Of a DNA stretch of 55,768 nucleotides, positions 27,326 to 37,663 are shown piece by piece. The translations under genes were made by a program, and so were the position numbers. Location of the stretch: IMG/VR virus record IMGVR_UViG_3300020045_004268, positions 1 through 55,768 of that record; one strand, 5' to 3'. Under the pieces are notes generated by a model. The model worked only from the letters and a program-made list of their open reading frames with translations. It had not been told where the DNA came from and did not search any database. The DNA comes from a virus. Taxonomy: Duplodnaviria; Caudoviricetes. Each line of letters starts with the position of its first letter. The stretch's first letter is position 1.

Positions 27326-28389
27326 TATATGCCATGTTTATGGGTCTTGTAAAAGAACAAAATATCTTTTGGTAATTTTCCCGTGTACGTCTCAGGAAGC
27401 ACAAGCCCCAGTGTTGTAATATCTTCTTTTTCGTCAAAACTAAGTGATACAGTTGAAACCATATAACGGCTATAGGCAAATGAATAAACTTCATGTAAAT
27501 GCAGGTTTATAATGTCCCCTGGAAAAATATCATCAAAATAACCCAATAGTTTAACGCTGTGGGTTATGTTTTTCAACTCCGCTGCCAGTTCGTTATTTGC
27601 TGCATTTGCCGTATCAGTATCTTCGCCGCTGCTCAACGTTTTTGTAGTTGGCCTGTATTTAGGTATAAGCGGATTTTTTATCGTGTCTGCGGTCTCGGAA
27701 CCCTCATTATCATCGCTTGGCTGTCTAACCACGTTGATTTCGCTATGCATCCCCTGACCATTAAAAGCAGCCCCTGAGCTTAACACGTTATCCTTATTGA
27801 AAAAATAACGGGGTTTCATTTCATCATTAGGCTTAAACATAACTACATTTCCTTTTGCATCGTGGCTAAGAACTATGTTTTTTTGGCTCGTTAACTTTGA
27901 CAAATAACCTTTAACCGTATCGGTGGGACTGCACTCGGTTGTAGCAAACACCTGAGCCGCTAAATCTGAAACGGAACTGTGAACTACTAAGCCAATGCCG
28001 TAAAGCCCACACAAACGCTGCGCAATGTCTTTTAAGGAACGATTAAGGCTTTCAAGGGGGTAATGTTCTACAGGGATTGTTACGTCCTCTAAAACGCCTG
28101 ATTTTGAATAACCCGAAATTGCCACTAAATTGTTTTTGCTGTCACTTTGAAATGCGGTGTTTAAAATAGTGCCGGTAAGTATTAATTTATTACCGGTGTT
28201 GTATATTTTAACCTCATGGTATTGCAGCGGCTTAAACAGTTCTTTGTGGTCGTCGTTTTCAGGGTTAAACCTTGTTTTAAAGCTGAACGTTGATGCAATG
28301 CTATCCAAAGATAAATCAATGTTTACCGCTGTAAAGAAGTTTACATTTTTACCGTTTATCAATATTTTACCTTTAAATTCTTTTGGCAT
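27325..28389 (-). CDS. Baseplate hub (Mu gp44-like)
   Basis: SLDSIASTFSF, SGYSKSG.L.D, IA..LC..YGI, DAKGN. Confidence 0.75.
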   Translation of the reverse strand: MPKEFKGKILINGKNVNFFTAVNIDLSLDSIASTFSFKTRFNPENDDHKELFKPLQYHEVKIYNTGNKLILTGTILNTAFQSDSKNNLVAISGYSKSGVLEDVTIPVEHYPLESLNRSLKDIAQRLCGLYGIGLVVHSSVSDLAAQVFATTECSPTDTVKGYLSKLTSQKNIVLSHDAKGNVVMFKPNDEMKPRYFFNKDNVLSSGAAFNGQGMHSEINVVRQPSDDNEGSETADTIKNPLIPKYRPTTKTLSSGEDTDTANAANNELAAELKNITHSVKLLGYFDDIFPGDIINLHLHEVYSFAYSRYMVSTVSLSFDEKEDITTLGLVLPETYTGKLPKDILFFYKTHKHGI

Positions 28390-28391
28390 GG

Positions 28392-29624
28392 TTACACGTA
28401 ATAAATTATTCGCCTGTCTTTTTTAATATTGAAAAGCTCGTTTAGCTTTATGTTGTTGATAAGCCTAAACCTATCAATATTTTCATCTGCCACATCCATA
28501 CCCAAATAACGATGCACAAGCAAAATTATATTTGTATCTGAATCAGTGTAAACAACCCGCTCCTGCTGAGCATTAAAAGCAGTTTCATAAAGGTTGGCTA
28601 CGGTGTACATAACCAAATCATAAATTTGAGTTTGCACCGTAGGGTCGGGCTGGTATGTGTTCTCTGTATCGTAAATCCCTACCGAAGCATTATCTAAAGT
28701 AGAAACATAGTCATTGTACATTACAATCAAATCGGTAGCGGCTTGTTGTACTTCCGGCATCGTTGTATAATCTGTATCGGTAGGATTTACAGCGGCATCT
28801 GCATAATTAGCGATTATAGCCCCCCCGTGGCTTTCAAACCCCAACTTATCGGCTATGGTGTCCAATATGCCTTTTATCTTACTGTAGGCGCTTTTATACC
28901 CGTTTAACCTAACTGTAATTGATGTGTCAATACGTGACGGCAAATTAAGTAAAGCCTGTGTAGCGGTAATATACCCAAAAGCATCCGTAAGTAAATTATC
29001 ACTTGCTTTTAAGGCAACGGCATTTGTATATTGATACTCGGTATACAAGGAATCGGCATATAACGGATTTGACGTAATAACAGGCTCTATGCTGGCTGAA
29101 AATTGCTTAACAGTGTCTTTACTTGAAACTATATCTTCCGGGGCAAATACGGGCTTATTTGAGAATGATTCCGCACAACTATCTAACACATTTGTTTTTT
29201 TAAACAGGGTGTTATCTTTAACGCTAAAATTGGAATTAGGATAATCTACATCTATGCTTTCCCAAAAATCTACGTTTATAGCCACGAAATTAAGGCTATC
29301 CACACGCCCCAATGATGTAGGCTGTCCCTTTATTGAGCCATACATCGGGTGCAAAACAGTCCACGGCCTTTTATCCCTTGCTGATATTTCAAATTCTAAA
29401 GCCACATCCAGGCAATCAGAACCATCAAAAAAGAATTGCAACGGGTAATTACTGCCACGGTATTGTTTACGCTCATACAAAGTGCCGGGTACGTCAATGA
29501 AATCAAACCCTGTTGTATTAAACTCAGTATTCTTTGCCGATTCACGCCATAGGGGAAAAAATGATTTTCCATCCCCCGTTGTTATTGTGAATTTTATATT
29601 CTCTATGTTATCATTCCATGCCAT
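28392..29624 (-). CDS. DNA circularisation/tail tube initiator protein (Mu gp43-like)
   Basis: N-terminal W...F, LHPMYG; C-terminal LysM-like segment. Confidence 0.7.
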   Translation of the reverse strand: MAWNDNIENIKFTITTGDGKSFFPLWRESAKNTEFNTTGFDFIDVPGTLYERKQYRGSNYPLQFFFDGSDCLDVALEFEISARDKRPWTVLHPMYGSIKGQPTSLGRVDSLNFVAINVDFWESIDVDYPNSNFSVKDNTLFKKTNVLDSCAESFSNKPVFAPEDIVSSKDTVKQFSASIEPVITSNPLYADSLYTEYQYTNAVALKASDNLLTDAFGYITATQALLNLPSRIDTSITVRLNGYKSAYSKIKGILDTIADKLGFESHGGAIIANYADAAVNPTDTDYTTMPEVQQAATDLIVMYNDYVSTLDNASVGIYDTENTYQPDPTVQTQIYDLVMYTVANLYETAFNAQQERVVYTDSDTNIILLVHRYLGMDVADENIDRFRLINNIKLNELFNIKKDRRIIYYV

Positions 29625-30349
29625 TATTTTAGTGCTTTTTGAAATTGATACTGTGCATTCTTTTCATAAAAACCCTCTATTTTTTTTGTGGTTTTGTCGG
29701 CGGCTTCTTCAGCAAAATGAGTAGCTTTTATTTTTGATGGCTTAACTTTCCTTTCCATCATTAATGGGGTTGTAGATATATTCAATCCCCTGCCTGAGTT
29801 TGATTTTATGCTATTTACCTTTATTAAAAAACGTCCTTTGTTTGTTTCTAAAAAGAAAGGGTTACCAGTCTTTAAAGCACTGTAAGCCGTTGCGATGTAA
29901 TTAGCTTTACTACCCCCCTTTTTAACGCTTTTGGTTACCCGTGATTTATTATAATAGCTTTTCTTCTGCACAAGCCGGTTTAATGAGCCACTACGTGCGC
30001 CTTTAAGATACCTTAACCCGTTAGATATGCTGCTTCCTGTTTCCTGCTTTTCAAGTCCATCAATAGCTGTTTTGGCTTTTATGTCGGATGGAACAGGAAA
30101 CCCGGCCGTAGCCTTCATGCTTTTTAAATCAAAACCGCTTGCTTTTTCAACCCCGGAAAACTTTTTAAAGAACGTTTTGTTCTTAACCTTAAAATTTGAA
30201 TTAGCCGAATCAATAAGCGTTTTTCGCTTCATGTCAAAAGCAGCATCGTTTAATGTGTTACGTACGGCGCTGGGAAAAGCCGACCTATGCAGTTTTTCCA
30301 GCTTTGCCGTTAGCGCTATCGTTGCTTTTGTGTTTACATCGAGTTTCAT
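29624..30349 (-). CDS. Basic tail-completion/neck protein (lambda Z-like)
   Basis: FPSAVRNTLND.AF, very Lys-rich; likely start MKLDV at 30349. Confidence 0.55.
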   Translation of the reverse strand: MKLDVNTKATIALTAKLEKLHRSAFPSAVRNTLNDAAFDMKRKTLIDSANSNFKVKNKTFFKKFSGVEKASGFDLKSMKATAGFPVPSDIKAKTAIDGLEKQETGSSISNGLRYLKGARSGSLNRLVQKKSYYNKSRVTKSVKKGGSKANYIATAYSALKTGNPFFLETNKGRFLIKVNSIKSNSGRGLNISTTPLMMERKVKPSKIKATHFAEEAADKTTKKIEGFYEKNAQYQFQKALK

Positions 30350-30350
30350 T

Positions 30351-31493
30351 CTAAAACCATTTAAGGGCGACCTCTCCCGATGTAAAATAAATATCATCCT
30401 TGTAGCTGAATATCTGTCCTAACACCCCGCTAAACTGCCCTATGGTTGTTTTAACACCGGTATTAATATCAAAATAGCAAAGTAACCCATTAACAAACGT
30501 ATATATTTTTTTATCCTTAATTGCGGCATTTGTTGTTTTAACAAAAGAATTATCCATAGTAAGCAAAGCACCAAAAGCCAATGCGCCAGGGGAATAAATA
30601 TTAATACAAATTTCGTTATCATCTGTTGATGTACCGTTGTTGTTTGATATATACAGATTATTTTCATCAGCATAAAAATATGGCGCAAAATCCACACCTA
30701 CGTTTACAGAAAAACCCGAAGGAGTTATCAGCGTAGGGTCTGTTAAATCCCCTAACGAGAAGTCGTAAAACCTATACGTAATTTCTATAGGGAAATAAAC
30801 GACACACAAAAGCATACCCTGCATTATAAACATGTCGGTAACTATAACGCTGTTATCTGATACAAAAGCCCTTATAGTTTCCTCTATAACTTCTACACGT
30901 GGCACACCGCTAACCAGCTCGCCGTATTCGTGATAGTATACCGTATTGCTTGTGTTATATTGCAAAGGAATACCCATAACGGTAAATATCTCATTAACGG
31001 AATTACCTGTTATCGAACTCAAAGAATAAGCCCGTACCTCGGTTACATCAATTACAACTAATAGCTCATCATTTGCCGCAAAACCTGAACTTGTAAAGGA
31101 GTATGACGGGCTGGCATTTAAACCCTTAAAAGTACCGGGCGTGTACGCATCGCTTGCACGGGCAAAAAACACATATTTTGTAGGTATATAAGTAAGATTG
31201 AAAGGAACACTCCACACGCCCCCTGAAAGCGTTAAAACCTGCTCAATATCGTTGAGCAGGTTTGGTAGTTTCCGTATGGCTTCTACAAGCTGGTATTTTC
31301 CTTCTTTGTCCTCTGTTCCATCAAAAACAACCCCGGCTAAATCCAGTATTTTATACAGGTTAACCAATGGGTCATTGTATATTTCACGAACTACAGGAGT
31401 ACCCTCGTTTATGTCAGTTTCATTTTTTATTGCGCCGTTAGGAAAATCACTATCTACCTGCTTAACTACCGGCAATTGGCTTAATTTTCTCAT
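30351..31493 (-). CDS. Tail fibre/receptor-binding protein 2
   Basis: N-terminus FPNGAIKN...EGTP paralogous to neighbour; beta-rich C-terminus. Confidence 0.65.
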   Translation of the reverse strand: MRKLSQLPVVKQVDSDFPNGAIKNETDINEGTPVVREIYNDPLVNLYKILDLAGVVFDGTEDKEGKYQLVEAIRKLPNLLNDIEQVLTLSGGVWSVPFNLTYIPTKYVFFARASDAYTPGTFKGLNASPSYSFTSSGFAANDELLVVIDVTEVRAYSLSSITGNSVNEIFTVMGIPLQYNTSNTVYYHEYGELVSGVPRVEVIEETIRAFVSDNSVIVTDMFIMQGMLLCVVYFPIEITYRFYDFSLGDLTDPTLITPSGFSVNVGVDFAPYFYADENNLYISNNNGTSTDDNEICINIYSPGALAFGALLTMDNSFVKTTNAAIKDKKIYTFVNGLLCYFDINTGVKTTIGQFSGVLGQIFSYKDDIYFTSGEVALKWF

Positions 31494-31497
31494 GTTT

Positions 31498-32562
31498 TTA
31501 TAGTTTTACAGTTTCAATAAAAATATTTATGTTTTGGGTAGACCCGCTAATTTCAGCTATGCAAATATCAAAAGTAGTAGCGTTTACTACTTTAAAAACA
31601 GGGGTTCTTAAATTTGAATCTGATATCATACTAGATGATGCTGATTGCACGGAAATCCTAACAAAATAATCTAACCCACCCAGCGTATTATCAACAACAA
31701 CACGAATAACAGAAGCACTTGAACCCGACGATTGAACGGTAGCACTTACTATATCACCGGTAACCGTATATGTACTGCCAGTCGAGCCTGAAGCTACCTC
31801 AACACCGACTATTGAGCCGATGTTTTTAACGCTGCTTTCAAAATTGTCGAGCTTAAATTTGTCCTCTTTCGACATTAAACCATTTTGCTCTCCAGCCCCG
31901 GTTGGCACTGCTAAATACGTAGGGCTATCATCACCGTTTACCCGTTTTGCAAAAGTAACTTTATCAACTAAAGGAGTAACGGCAACCGTGTCTAAAGTTC
32001 CTTCATCACTTTCAGACTGGGAGGCTTTTTTTAAGTAGCCATTTTCCCCCGCAACCAAATCAGCATTAACTGCATCCACAAGCCTAACAAGCGTTGCAGT
32101 TAGTTCGCCTGTTTTTATTAACCTAACATACTCATTAGCTTTAAAATTACCTACAAAAGTAACCGTATGCGCTGCGCCTACTGAGCCTATAATAGTTGTT
32201 TGTGCCGCTTTATCTACAGCAGATTTGCAAACAATTTGCTCCCCTACAAGCATAAACGGTAATTTTACAGGTACATTTAAAACGCCTGAAACTTCTGTAA
32301 TGCTTAATATAAAATCATTTTTGGAAGCCAAAGCAATAAAACCTTCTAACATTTGAAACCCGTTCGTTTCATTGTCAGGTAGCCCATTTTCTGTTATACC
32401 GTAAAGCCTTTTGGCTTTCATAACCGTTTGGTGTATATCCCCTTTTGTGAACTCATTTACCGGAGTTCCATCACCCGCCCCTGTATTATCTTTTATACGC
32501 CCGTCGGGGTAATCTGCCGGATTTGAATTATCAACATTTCCAGCATCTAATAACTTTCTCAT
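31498..32562 (-). CDS. Tail fibre protein 1
   Basis: YPDGRIKDNTGAGDGTP; ASQSE..EG....AVTP; NGLMSKEDK.KLD fibre repeats. Confidence 0.75.
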   Translation of the reverse strand: MRKLLDAGNVDNSNPADYPDGRIKDNTGAGDGTPVNEFTKGDIHQTVMKAKRLYGITENGLPDNETNGFQMLEGFIALASKNDFILSITEVSGVLNVPVKLPFMLVGEQIVCKSAVDKAAQTTIIGSVGAAHTVTFVGNFKANEYVRLIKTGELTATLVRLVDAVNADLVAGENGYLKKASQSESDEGTLDTVAVTPLVDKVTFAKRVNGDDSPTYLAVPTGAGEQNGLMSKEDKFKLDNFESSVKNIGSIVGVEVASGSTGSTYTVTGDIVSATVQSSGSSASVIRVVVDNTLGGLDYFVRISVQSASSSMISDSNLRTPVFKVVNATTFDICIAEISGSTQNINIFIETVKL

Positions 32563-32580
32563 TGTACTTTTTGTTTATAA

Positions 32581-33369
32581 TTAAACGTATGCTATAAAAG
32601 TATAAGCCACGGTATGTGCTGGCTTTAACTTTAAAACTAATTCCCTAAACTCCCGCTGTCTTGTTTCAGGTATTTGCGTAGCCTCCCCCAAAACCTCACC
32701 GCCTAAAAAGAACGTAGCCCACAAATTGCCGCCTACTGAATAACTCTCATTTGGCGCAACTTGGTTCGCTATCACATCAAAACCTGAAAAGCCGTGCTGT
32801 ACACCGTTACCATGCTGGGTATCCCCGCCGTGCTGCGTTCCGGTTAAAGATGTTTCCCCTATTTCGTTGGGTGTTTTGTAAACCCATTCGCCGCCCTCAA
32901 AAAACCTGTTTTCATGCACCCAAACATTAAACCCCGCTGCCTGTAACTGGCTTTGAATAAATAAAGGGTGCTGCCTGGCTTTTACGTTATTTGGATATGC
33001 CATTTTGCGCAATATTGCAGCCCTGCGTACTTCAACGGTTAACGATGTGTTTGTAATTAATCCTAAGCGATACTCCCACAACGCACAATCATTAGCATCA
33101 AAGTTTTCGTTATCAGGAAACACACTATCTACAGTTGCTTTACAATCTTCAATGAAACGTATAAAACTAACGCTTAATGCCCTGTGAAGCCTGTCCGATG
33201 TTCCGCTTCGTGGCATATACCATGCCCGGCCGGTTGGGTATAATTTACGTATAAGGTTGGCGAATAAATCAGTATAATTAACCCCGGTCGATGGGTAACG
33301 GTGCGGTGTCTTACTGCCGTATGGCGTTCTTAAACCGTGCTGCGTACTTTTATCTGTAGTCTCATACAT
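32581..33369 (-). CDS. Baseplate wedge protein (Mu gp48/DUF2313-like)
   Basis: LYPTGRAW, WE.RLGL, RR.AI..K, KLKPAHT. Confidence 0.8.
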   Translation of the reverse strand: MYETTDKSTQHGLRTPYGSKTPHRYPSTGVNYTDLFANLIRKLYPTGRAWYMPRSGTSDRLHRALSVSFIRFIEDCKATVDSVFPDNENFDANDCALWEYRLGLITNTSLTVEVRRAAILRKMAYPNNVKARQHPLFIQSQLQAAGFNVWVHENRFFEGGEWVYKTPNEIGETSLTGTQHGGDTQHGNGVQHGFSGFDVIANQVAPNESYSVGGNLWATFFLGGEVLGEATQIPETRQREFRELVLKLKPAHTVAYTFIAYV

Positions 33370-33372
33370 AAT

Positions 33373-34560
33373 TTACACGATTGAACCGTTAATACTAACA
33401 TTCCTTAAATACGGTATATTACCCAAATCAAACAAATATGATGAAACTGAATTACCGTCTACCTGCATATCAAAGCCTATAAAATAATTGCCATTATCCA
33501 AAACATTTGTAATAACACTTTGCAACCTGGCAGAATATAAAATATCGTTCTTATTTCGCTGTAAATCTGCACCGCCTATGAACGGCCTTACCTTGTATAA
33601 ATCGGCTGTTAAATTGCTTTTAATGGCGCTTTGTATTGCTACGGTGTCTATGTCCAAACCCGTTACAAAAACATCTACAGGAACAATGTCAATGGGTAAA
33701 ACGGTAACAATAGCGGTCATTGGCCTGCGCCCACGGTCATTAAGCGGTCTTGTTTCGTCGGGGTCAAATTCTATAACAGCGGCAACCTCTGTTAAAAGCC
33801 CACCCGATGGCGTTCCGTTTCCGTCTGTGCTATCTATTGGCGTGGCTTCAACATACACGTCAACAAGCCCGGCGCTTCCGTTTCTAACATAAGGGTACAC
33901 TTTACGCACGCCCTGCGCATCTGAAGCCCATAGCCTATAATCAGTTTTAGCGCCTCCCTGCGGCTCTAACTGTATAGCATCAATAACCAATTGCCTGTAT
34001 ACTTCCAAATCTTCTGCCGCCGTTGGCTGGGTTGTTGTTTCATCAACAGTTACAGTTTGGTTTATGCCTAAAACTGGCTCGGTAATAGTCAGGTTATCCC
34101 CATTGTTCAAAACAAAATCAGCACCACCACCCAACGAACGAGCCTCAATTATGTCATCAGTGCCGGTTAAAGTATATTCCGTATCAGTAACATATAATTG
34201 CCCTGGGTTGCGGCTGTCATCATTTGATTTAAAAGTAAGCCCTGAACGAATAACAGCCCCAGCATTACCCGTTACTGAAAGATTAAAAACCCCACTCGAT
34301 GCCGGGAACGGATTTCTCCCCAAATAAATACGCCCCTGCCTTTCCAAAGTACCGCCTACGCTTTCACTATCGGCAGTATCAGGAAAAACATTATTCTGAA
34401 CATCAGAAAGAAAGTAGTATAGCAGTTTAAACAATGCTGCAAAAACGATACTCAAAGCCTTAAAAACCTTTTTAAGCACGTTGCTTGAAAGATTAAATTT
34501 GTTCTTTATATCATTGCTTATCCGTTGTTCTAACTCAACTATTGTAGGTATCGGCCTCAT
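33373..34560 (-). CDS. Baseplate J-like protein (Mu gp47-like)
   Basis: FPDTAD, E..E.YR, PQGGA..DY..WA...GV, G.VDVY. Confidence 0.88.
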   Translation of the reverse strand: MRPIPTIVELEQRISNDIKNKFNLSSNVLKKVFKALSIVFAALFKLLYYFLSDVQNNVFPDTADSESVGGTLERQGRIYLGRNPFPASSGVFNLSVTGNAGAVIRSGLTFKSNDDSRNPGQLYVTDTEYTLTGTDDIIEARSLGGGADFVLNNGDNLTITEPVLGINQTVTVDETTTQPTAAEDLEVYRQLVIDAIQLEPQGGAKTDYRLWASDAQGVRKVYPYVRNGSAGLVDVYVEATPIDSTDGNGTPSGGLLTEVAAVIEFDPDETRPLNDRGRRPMTAIVTVLPIDIVPVDVFVTGLDIDTVAIQSAIKSNLTADLYKVRPFIGGADLQRNKNDILYSARLQSVITNVLDNGNYFIGFDMQVDGNSVSSYLFDLGNIPYLRNVSINGSIV

Positions 34561-35036
34561 ATCGTTTGCTCTATTATTAATTCATTTTTGGCATTATCGT
34601 ATACCAAAACTAACACTTTATTTTGTTGCGTACCTTTTGGTGTAAAATTAATTGATATGCGCAATCTGTTTACGCTTATCAACTCTACACCTACACTGTA
34701 ATCTAAAAGCTCCGTAAGGTAGCTTAAATCGCTTTGTACGGCCGCTAATATGCTTTGCCTGCCTGCGCTATTTAACGCCACATCGTTAATTGTGCGTTCC
34801 GTATCGCTATTAAATTGAGTACTTGGCGTATCTGCCATTATAAGCAGGTTACCCCACCAATCTAAACGCTGTTCAGTTGGCAGGGTATCTGTTTTTGTAT
34901 TGGCTTCTAAATTACCCCCAAACAAGGCTAAATAAACTTGCTGGTAAAGGGTTTGGGTAAGCAATAAGTCAGCATTTATTACCGACATATCCCCGCCGTC
35001 CCCCGTTTCATATAACAATAAGTCTGTTGTTTCCAT
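34557..35036 (-). CDS. Baseplate protein (Mu gp46-like)
   Basis: L.Q.VYLALF...WWGN. Confidence 0.7.
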   Translation of the reverse strand: METTDLLLYETGDGGDMSVINADLLLTQTLYQQVYLALFGGNLEANTKTDTLPTEQRLDWWGNLLIMADTPSTQFNSDTERTINDVALNSAGRQSILAAVQSDLSYLTELLDYSVGVELISVNRLRISINFTPKGTQQNKVLVLVYDNAKNELIIEQTI

Positions 35037-35049
35037 GTTGTCTTATTTT

Positions 35050-36993
35050 TTAAAAGCCAAAGGCACCTTGTGTAGGCGTTACATTTACAGGTATACCGCC
35101 AAATCCGCTTGTTTGTGTACTTCCTATATTGCCGCCTTTATCATTAACATTAAGGTCAATTTGCCCCTTCATGCGGTTTTCTTTCTGCATGTTGTAATTT
35201 ACCTCCTGTGGGCTTTCAAGTTTCTTTTTTTCTTTAGTAGCTGCGGCATCTTCTGCAAGTTTGCTTTCACCTACAAGGCTAATACCCATTTTACCCGTCA
35301 TATCATTAACGCTGTCTAAAGCATTTTGAGCCATATCCCCAACTTTTCCAGGCAAGTACGAAAGAAGCTTTAACACGCCTCTTAGAGGTAACAGCATCCA
35401 GTCAATTATAGCTTTCCCTATGTTTTTAAAGAAATCGGCAAAGCTAAAGTTTTGAAACCATTCAACTAAATTATCCCACATGTCGCCAATCCATGAGGTA
35501 AACTTCTCCCATTGTTCACCAAACCATGTGCATATCTCATCCCAGTAAAGAAATATATATACCACAAGCAAAACGGCGGCTATTATGGCAAGAATAGGCC
35601 AAGTCGCCGCTAATACAGCCGCTGCTGTTGACCATAAGGCGGTGTTCATTAACCATGTCACCCCTGTCATTATAGCCGCTGTGATATTATATGAAGCCAT
35701 AGCAACGCTGCTGGAGCCTATTCCAACAGACGCAACCCCCGATGCAGCGCCCATAACACCCATAGCAACAGCGCTTAAGAACGTCCATACCGACGTAATC
35801 AAAGCAGCAGCTTTTAAAGAACCGTAAAACAATAGAACACCCGCCCCTACTTCAACAACTGTGTCCATGTTGTCGGCTAATAGAGACAAAGTGTCTTTTA
35901 CACGCCCTAAAGCTAAATTAGAATCATCACTTGAAACTATTATATTTATAAAACTGGCTTTTAGCTCATCAATTTTAGTAGACAAAGTGTCTGAGTTGAC
36001 ACGGGCTTGCTCCTGTGCTTTGTTTGTTTTTCTGATTTCTTCTTCCCACTTACTATAAGTGCCAATGTTTTGAAATATTACATTAGCAGCAGTCATATTT
36101 TCTTTTCCAAATACTTTTGTTACCGCAACGGCATCATTTTGTATTTTGCTTAACTCGGTTAAACGTTCGCCTAATGACTTGTTTTTATCCATCAAAAGCG
36201 TAGTGTTTACGCCGTGCTTCCTTAACGATTCGATTGCCTCTTTTGGCAAACCCTTTGCGCTACTCAAAACGCCTAATATATTACGTGCGCCTACTGCTAT
36301 TTTAGAGTGATCCATTTGCTTGCCTAAAGTCTCGAGTAAAGCAACCGATTCACTTAATTTCACATTGGCGCCATAAGCATTTGCACCAAACTCCTGCAAC
36401 CCCTCGGCTATTTTTGCAGTAGAAACGCTGCCCACAATCTCCCCCGCCGTAAGCTGGTTTATTACCCTGTCGGCATCTTCTGCCCCTAATTTAAACTGGT
36501 TCATTACCGACGTAAGGTTTTGCAGGGTAGGTGTTAGTTCTTGCCTTGATGCCTTTGCAAGCGTTATACCGGCCTGTGTAATTTTAGCCAAAGCCTCGGG
36601 GTTATCCAAATATTGAGACATCGCCGAGCCTATTACCTCAAAACTCCCCGCAACATCGATAGCACTCTTTTTGTTGTGCTTTGCTAATTGCTCAATTTGC
36701 TCCGTAAATTTAGAACTTGCCTGACCCGTAACCGCCTCCAGGCTATGTAAAGCTACCTCATAATCTTTTACGCTATTTATTGCTGTAGTTAGTAACAACG
36801 CAACACTTATTCCGGCTAAAGCTGATTTTACAGCACTTGTTAAACCTAACATACTGTCAAACTTTTTATTAACCCGGCTCAAAGCTGCATTTGTTGTTTT
36901 ACCGAATTTATCAACACTTGAAGCCATTCGCTGAACTACCGCCGTGAACTTATCTACTGCCGTAAATTCAGTAGGAACTCTCATTGTAGCCAT
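35050..36993 (-). CDS. Tape measure protein
   Basis: TP901-type core, Ala-rich hydrophobic segment, Trp-periodic repeats; follows chaperone. Confidence 0.9.
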   Translation of the reverse strand: MATMRVPTEFTAVDKFTAVVQRMASSVDKFGKTTNAALSRVNKKFDSMLGLTSAVKSALAGISVALLLTTAINSVKDYEVALHSLEAVTGQASSKFTEQIEQLAKHNKKSAIDVAGSFEVIGSAMSQYLDNPEALAKITQAGITLAKASRQELTPTLQNLTSVMNQFKLGAEDADRVINQLTAGEIVGSVSTAKIAEGLQEFGANAYGANVKLSESVALLETLGKQMDHSKIAVGARNILGVLSSAKGLPKEAIESLRKHGVNTTLLMDKNKSLGERLTELSKIQNDAVAVTKVFGKENMTAANVIFQNIGTYSKWEEEIRKTNKAQEQARVNSDTLSTKIDELKASFINIIVSSDDSNLALGRVKDTLSLLADNMDTVVEVGAGVLLFYGSLKAAALITSVWTFLSAVAMGVMGAASGVASVGIGSSSVAMASYNITAAIMTGVTWLMNTALWSTAAAVLAATWPILAIIAAVLLVVYIFLYWDEICTWFGEQWEKFTSWIGDMWDNLVEWFQNFSFADFFKNIGKAIIDWMLLPLRGVLKLLSYLPGKVGDMAQNALDSVNDMTGKMGISLVGESKLAEDAAATKEKKKLESPQEVNYNMQKENRMKGQIDLNVNDKGGNIGSTQTSGFGGIPVNVTPTQGAFGF

Positions 36994-37010
36994 ATACTTT
37001 TCTTTAAAAT

Positions 37011-37047
37011 TAAAGCCCCTACAATTATTTAAACTATAGAGGCTTTT
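37011..37047. terminator. Hairpin between chaperone and tape measure
   Basis: AAAGCCCCTA...TAGAGGCTTT inverted repeat. Confidence 0.4.
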
Positions 37048-37049
37048 AA

Positions 37050-37234
37050 TTATTTGTTCTTAGATTTCATTTTTTTGTTGATTTCTTCAACTTCATTGTA
37101 CCAATACATTAGCCCCATGTGGTCAAAGTCATCACAAAACATTTTGTTAATCTCACTCGGTGGCCATTGGTAGTTGTTTATAACGCTCTTTATAACGTTG
37201 TCCAACCCGACAATACACCACCCTAAGAAAAAAC
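37050..37234 (-). CDS. -1 frameshift extension of tail assembly chaperone
   Basis: GTT TTT TCT TAG; -1 frame reads FLGWCIVGLDNVIKSVINNYQWPPSEINKM...WY, resembling P2 gpE' W.PSE..M. Confidence 0.75.
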
Positions 37235-37639
37235 GGTAGTAAGCTCTTCTATCACTTCGTAGTCGAACTTATGCAGGTCTTTTAGTTCTGCCACGGTAGC
37301 AAATCCTGCTACGTGCGCCACCAATACAAGCTTATAACGTGCGATATTGTTTTTAACATCGATACCTTTTAAAAGCCCGTTTTTCGTAACGGGGTCGATA
37401 CGTGTTTTAAACTGTATTACCGTTTTTTCAGGTATAGGGTGTATCAATGTGTATTCAGGAACACCGTCCTTAAACACCAAAGTACCATCCATAACCGACA
37501 TTAAAATGTTAGGGTATTCATCCGGCACTTTATCAATCTCACACGGTTTCCTGATATACAACTTCAGAAAGTCGTAAATCTCTGTAATGGCGAGTTCTTC
37601 AGTCATTACGTTTTTTTTTTCTACTTGTTTTGTTCCCAT
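37223..37639 (-). CDS. Tail assembly chaperone
   Basis: Position; YTLIHPI, L.DL...DY, ends at T6 run. Confidence 0.75.
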   Translation of the reverse strand: MGTKQVEKKNVMTEELAITEIYDFLKLYIRKPCEIDKVPDEYPNILMSVMDGTLVFKDGVPEYTLIHPIPEKTVIQFKTRIDPVTKNGLLKGIDVKNNIARYKLVLVAHVAGFATVAELKDLHKFDYEVIEELTTVFS

Positions 37640-37663
37640 TGCGATGGATTTTAAAAATTATAC

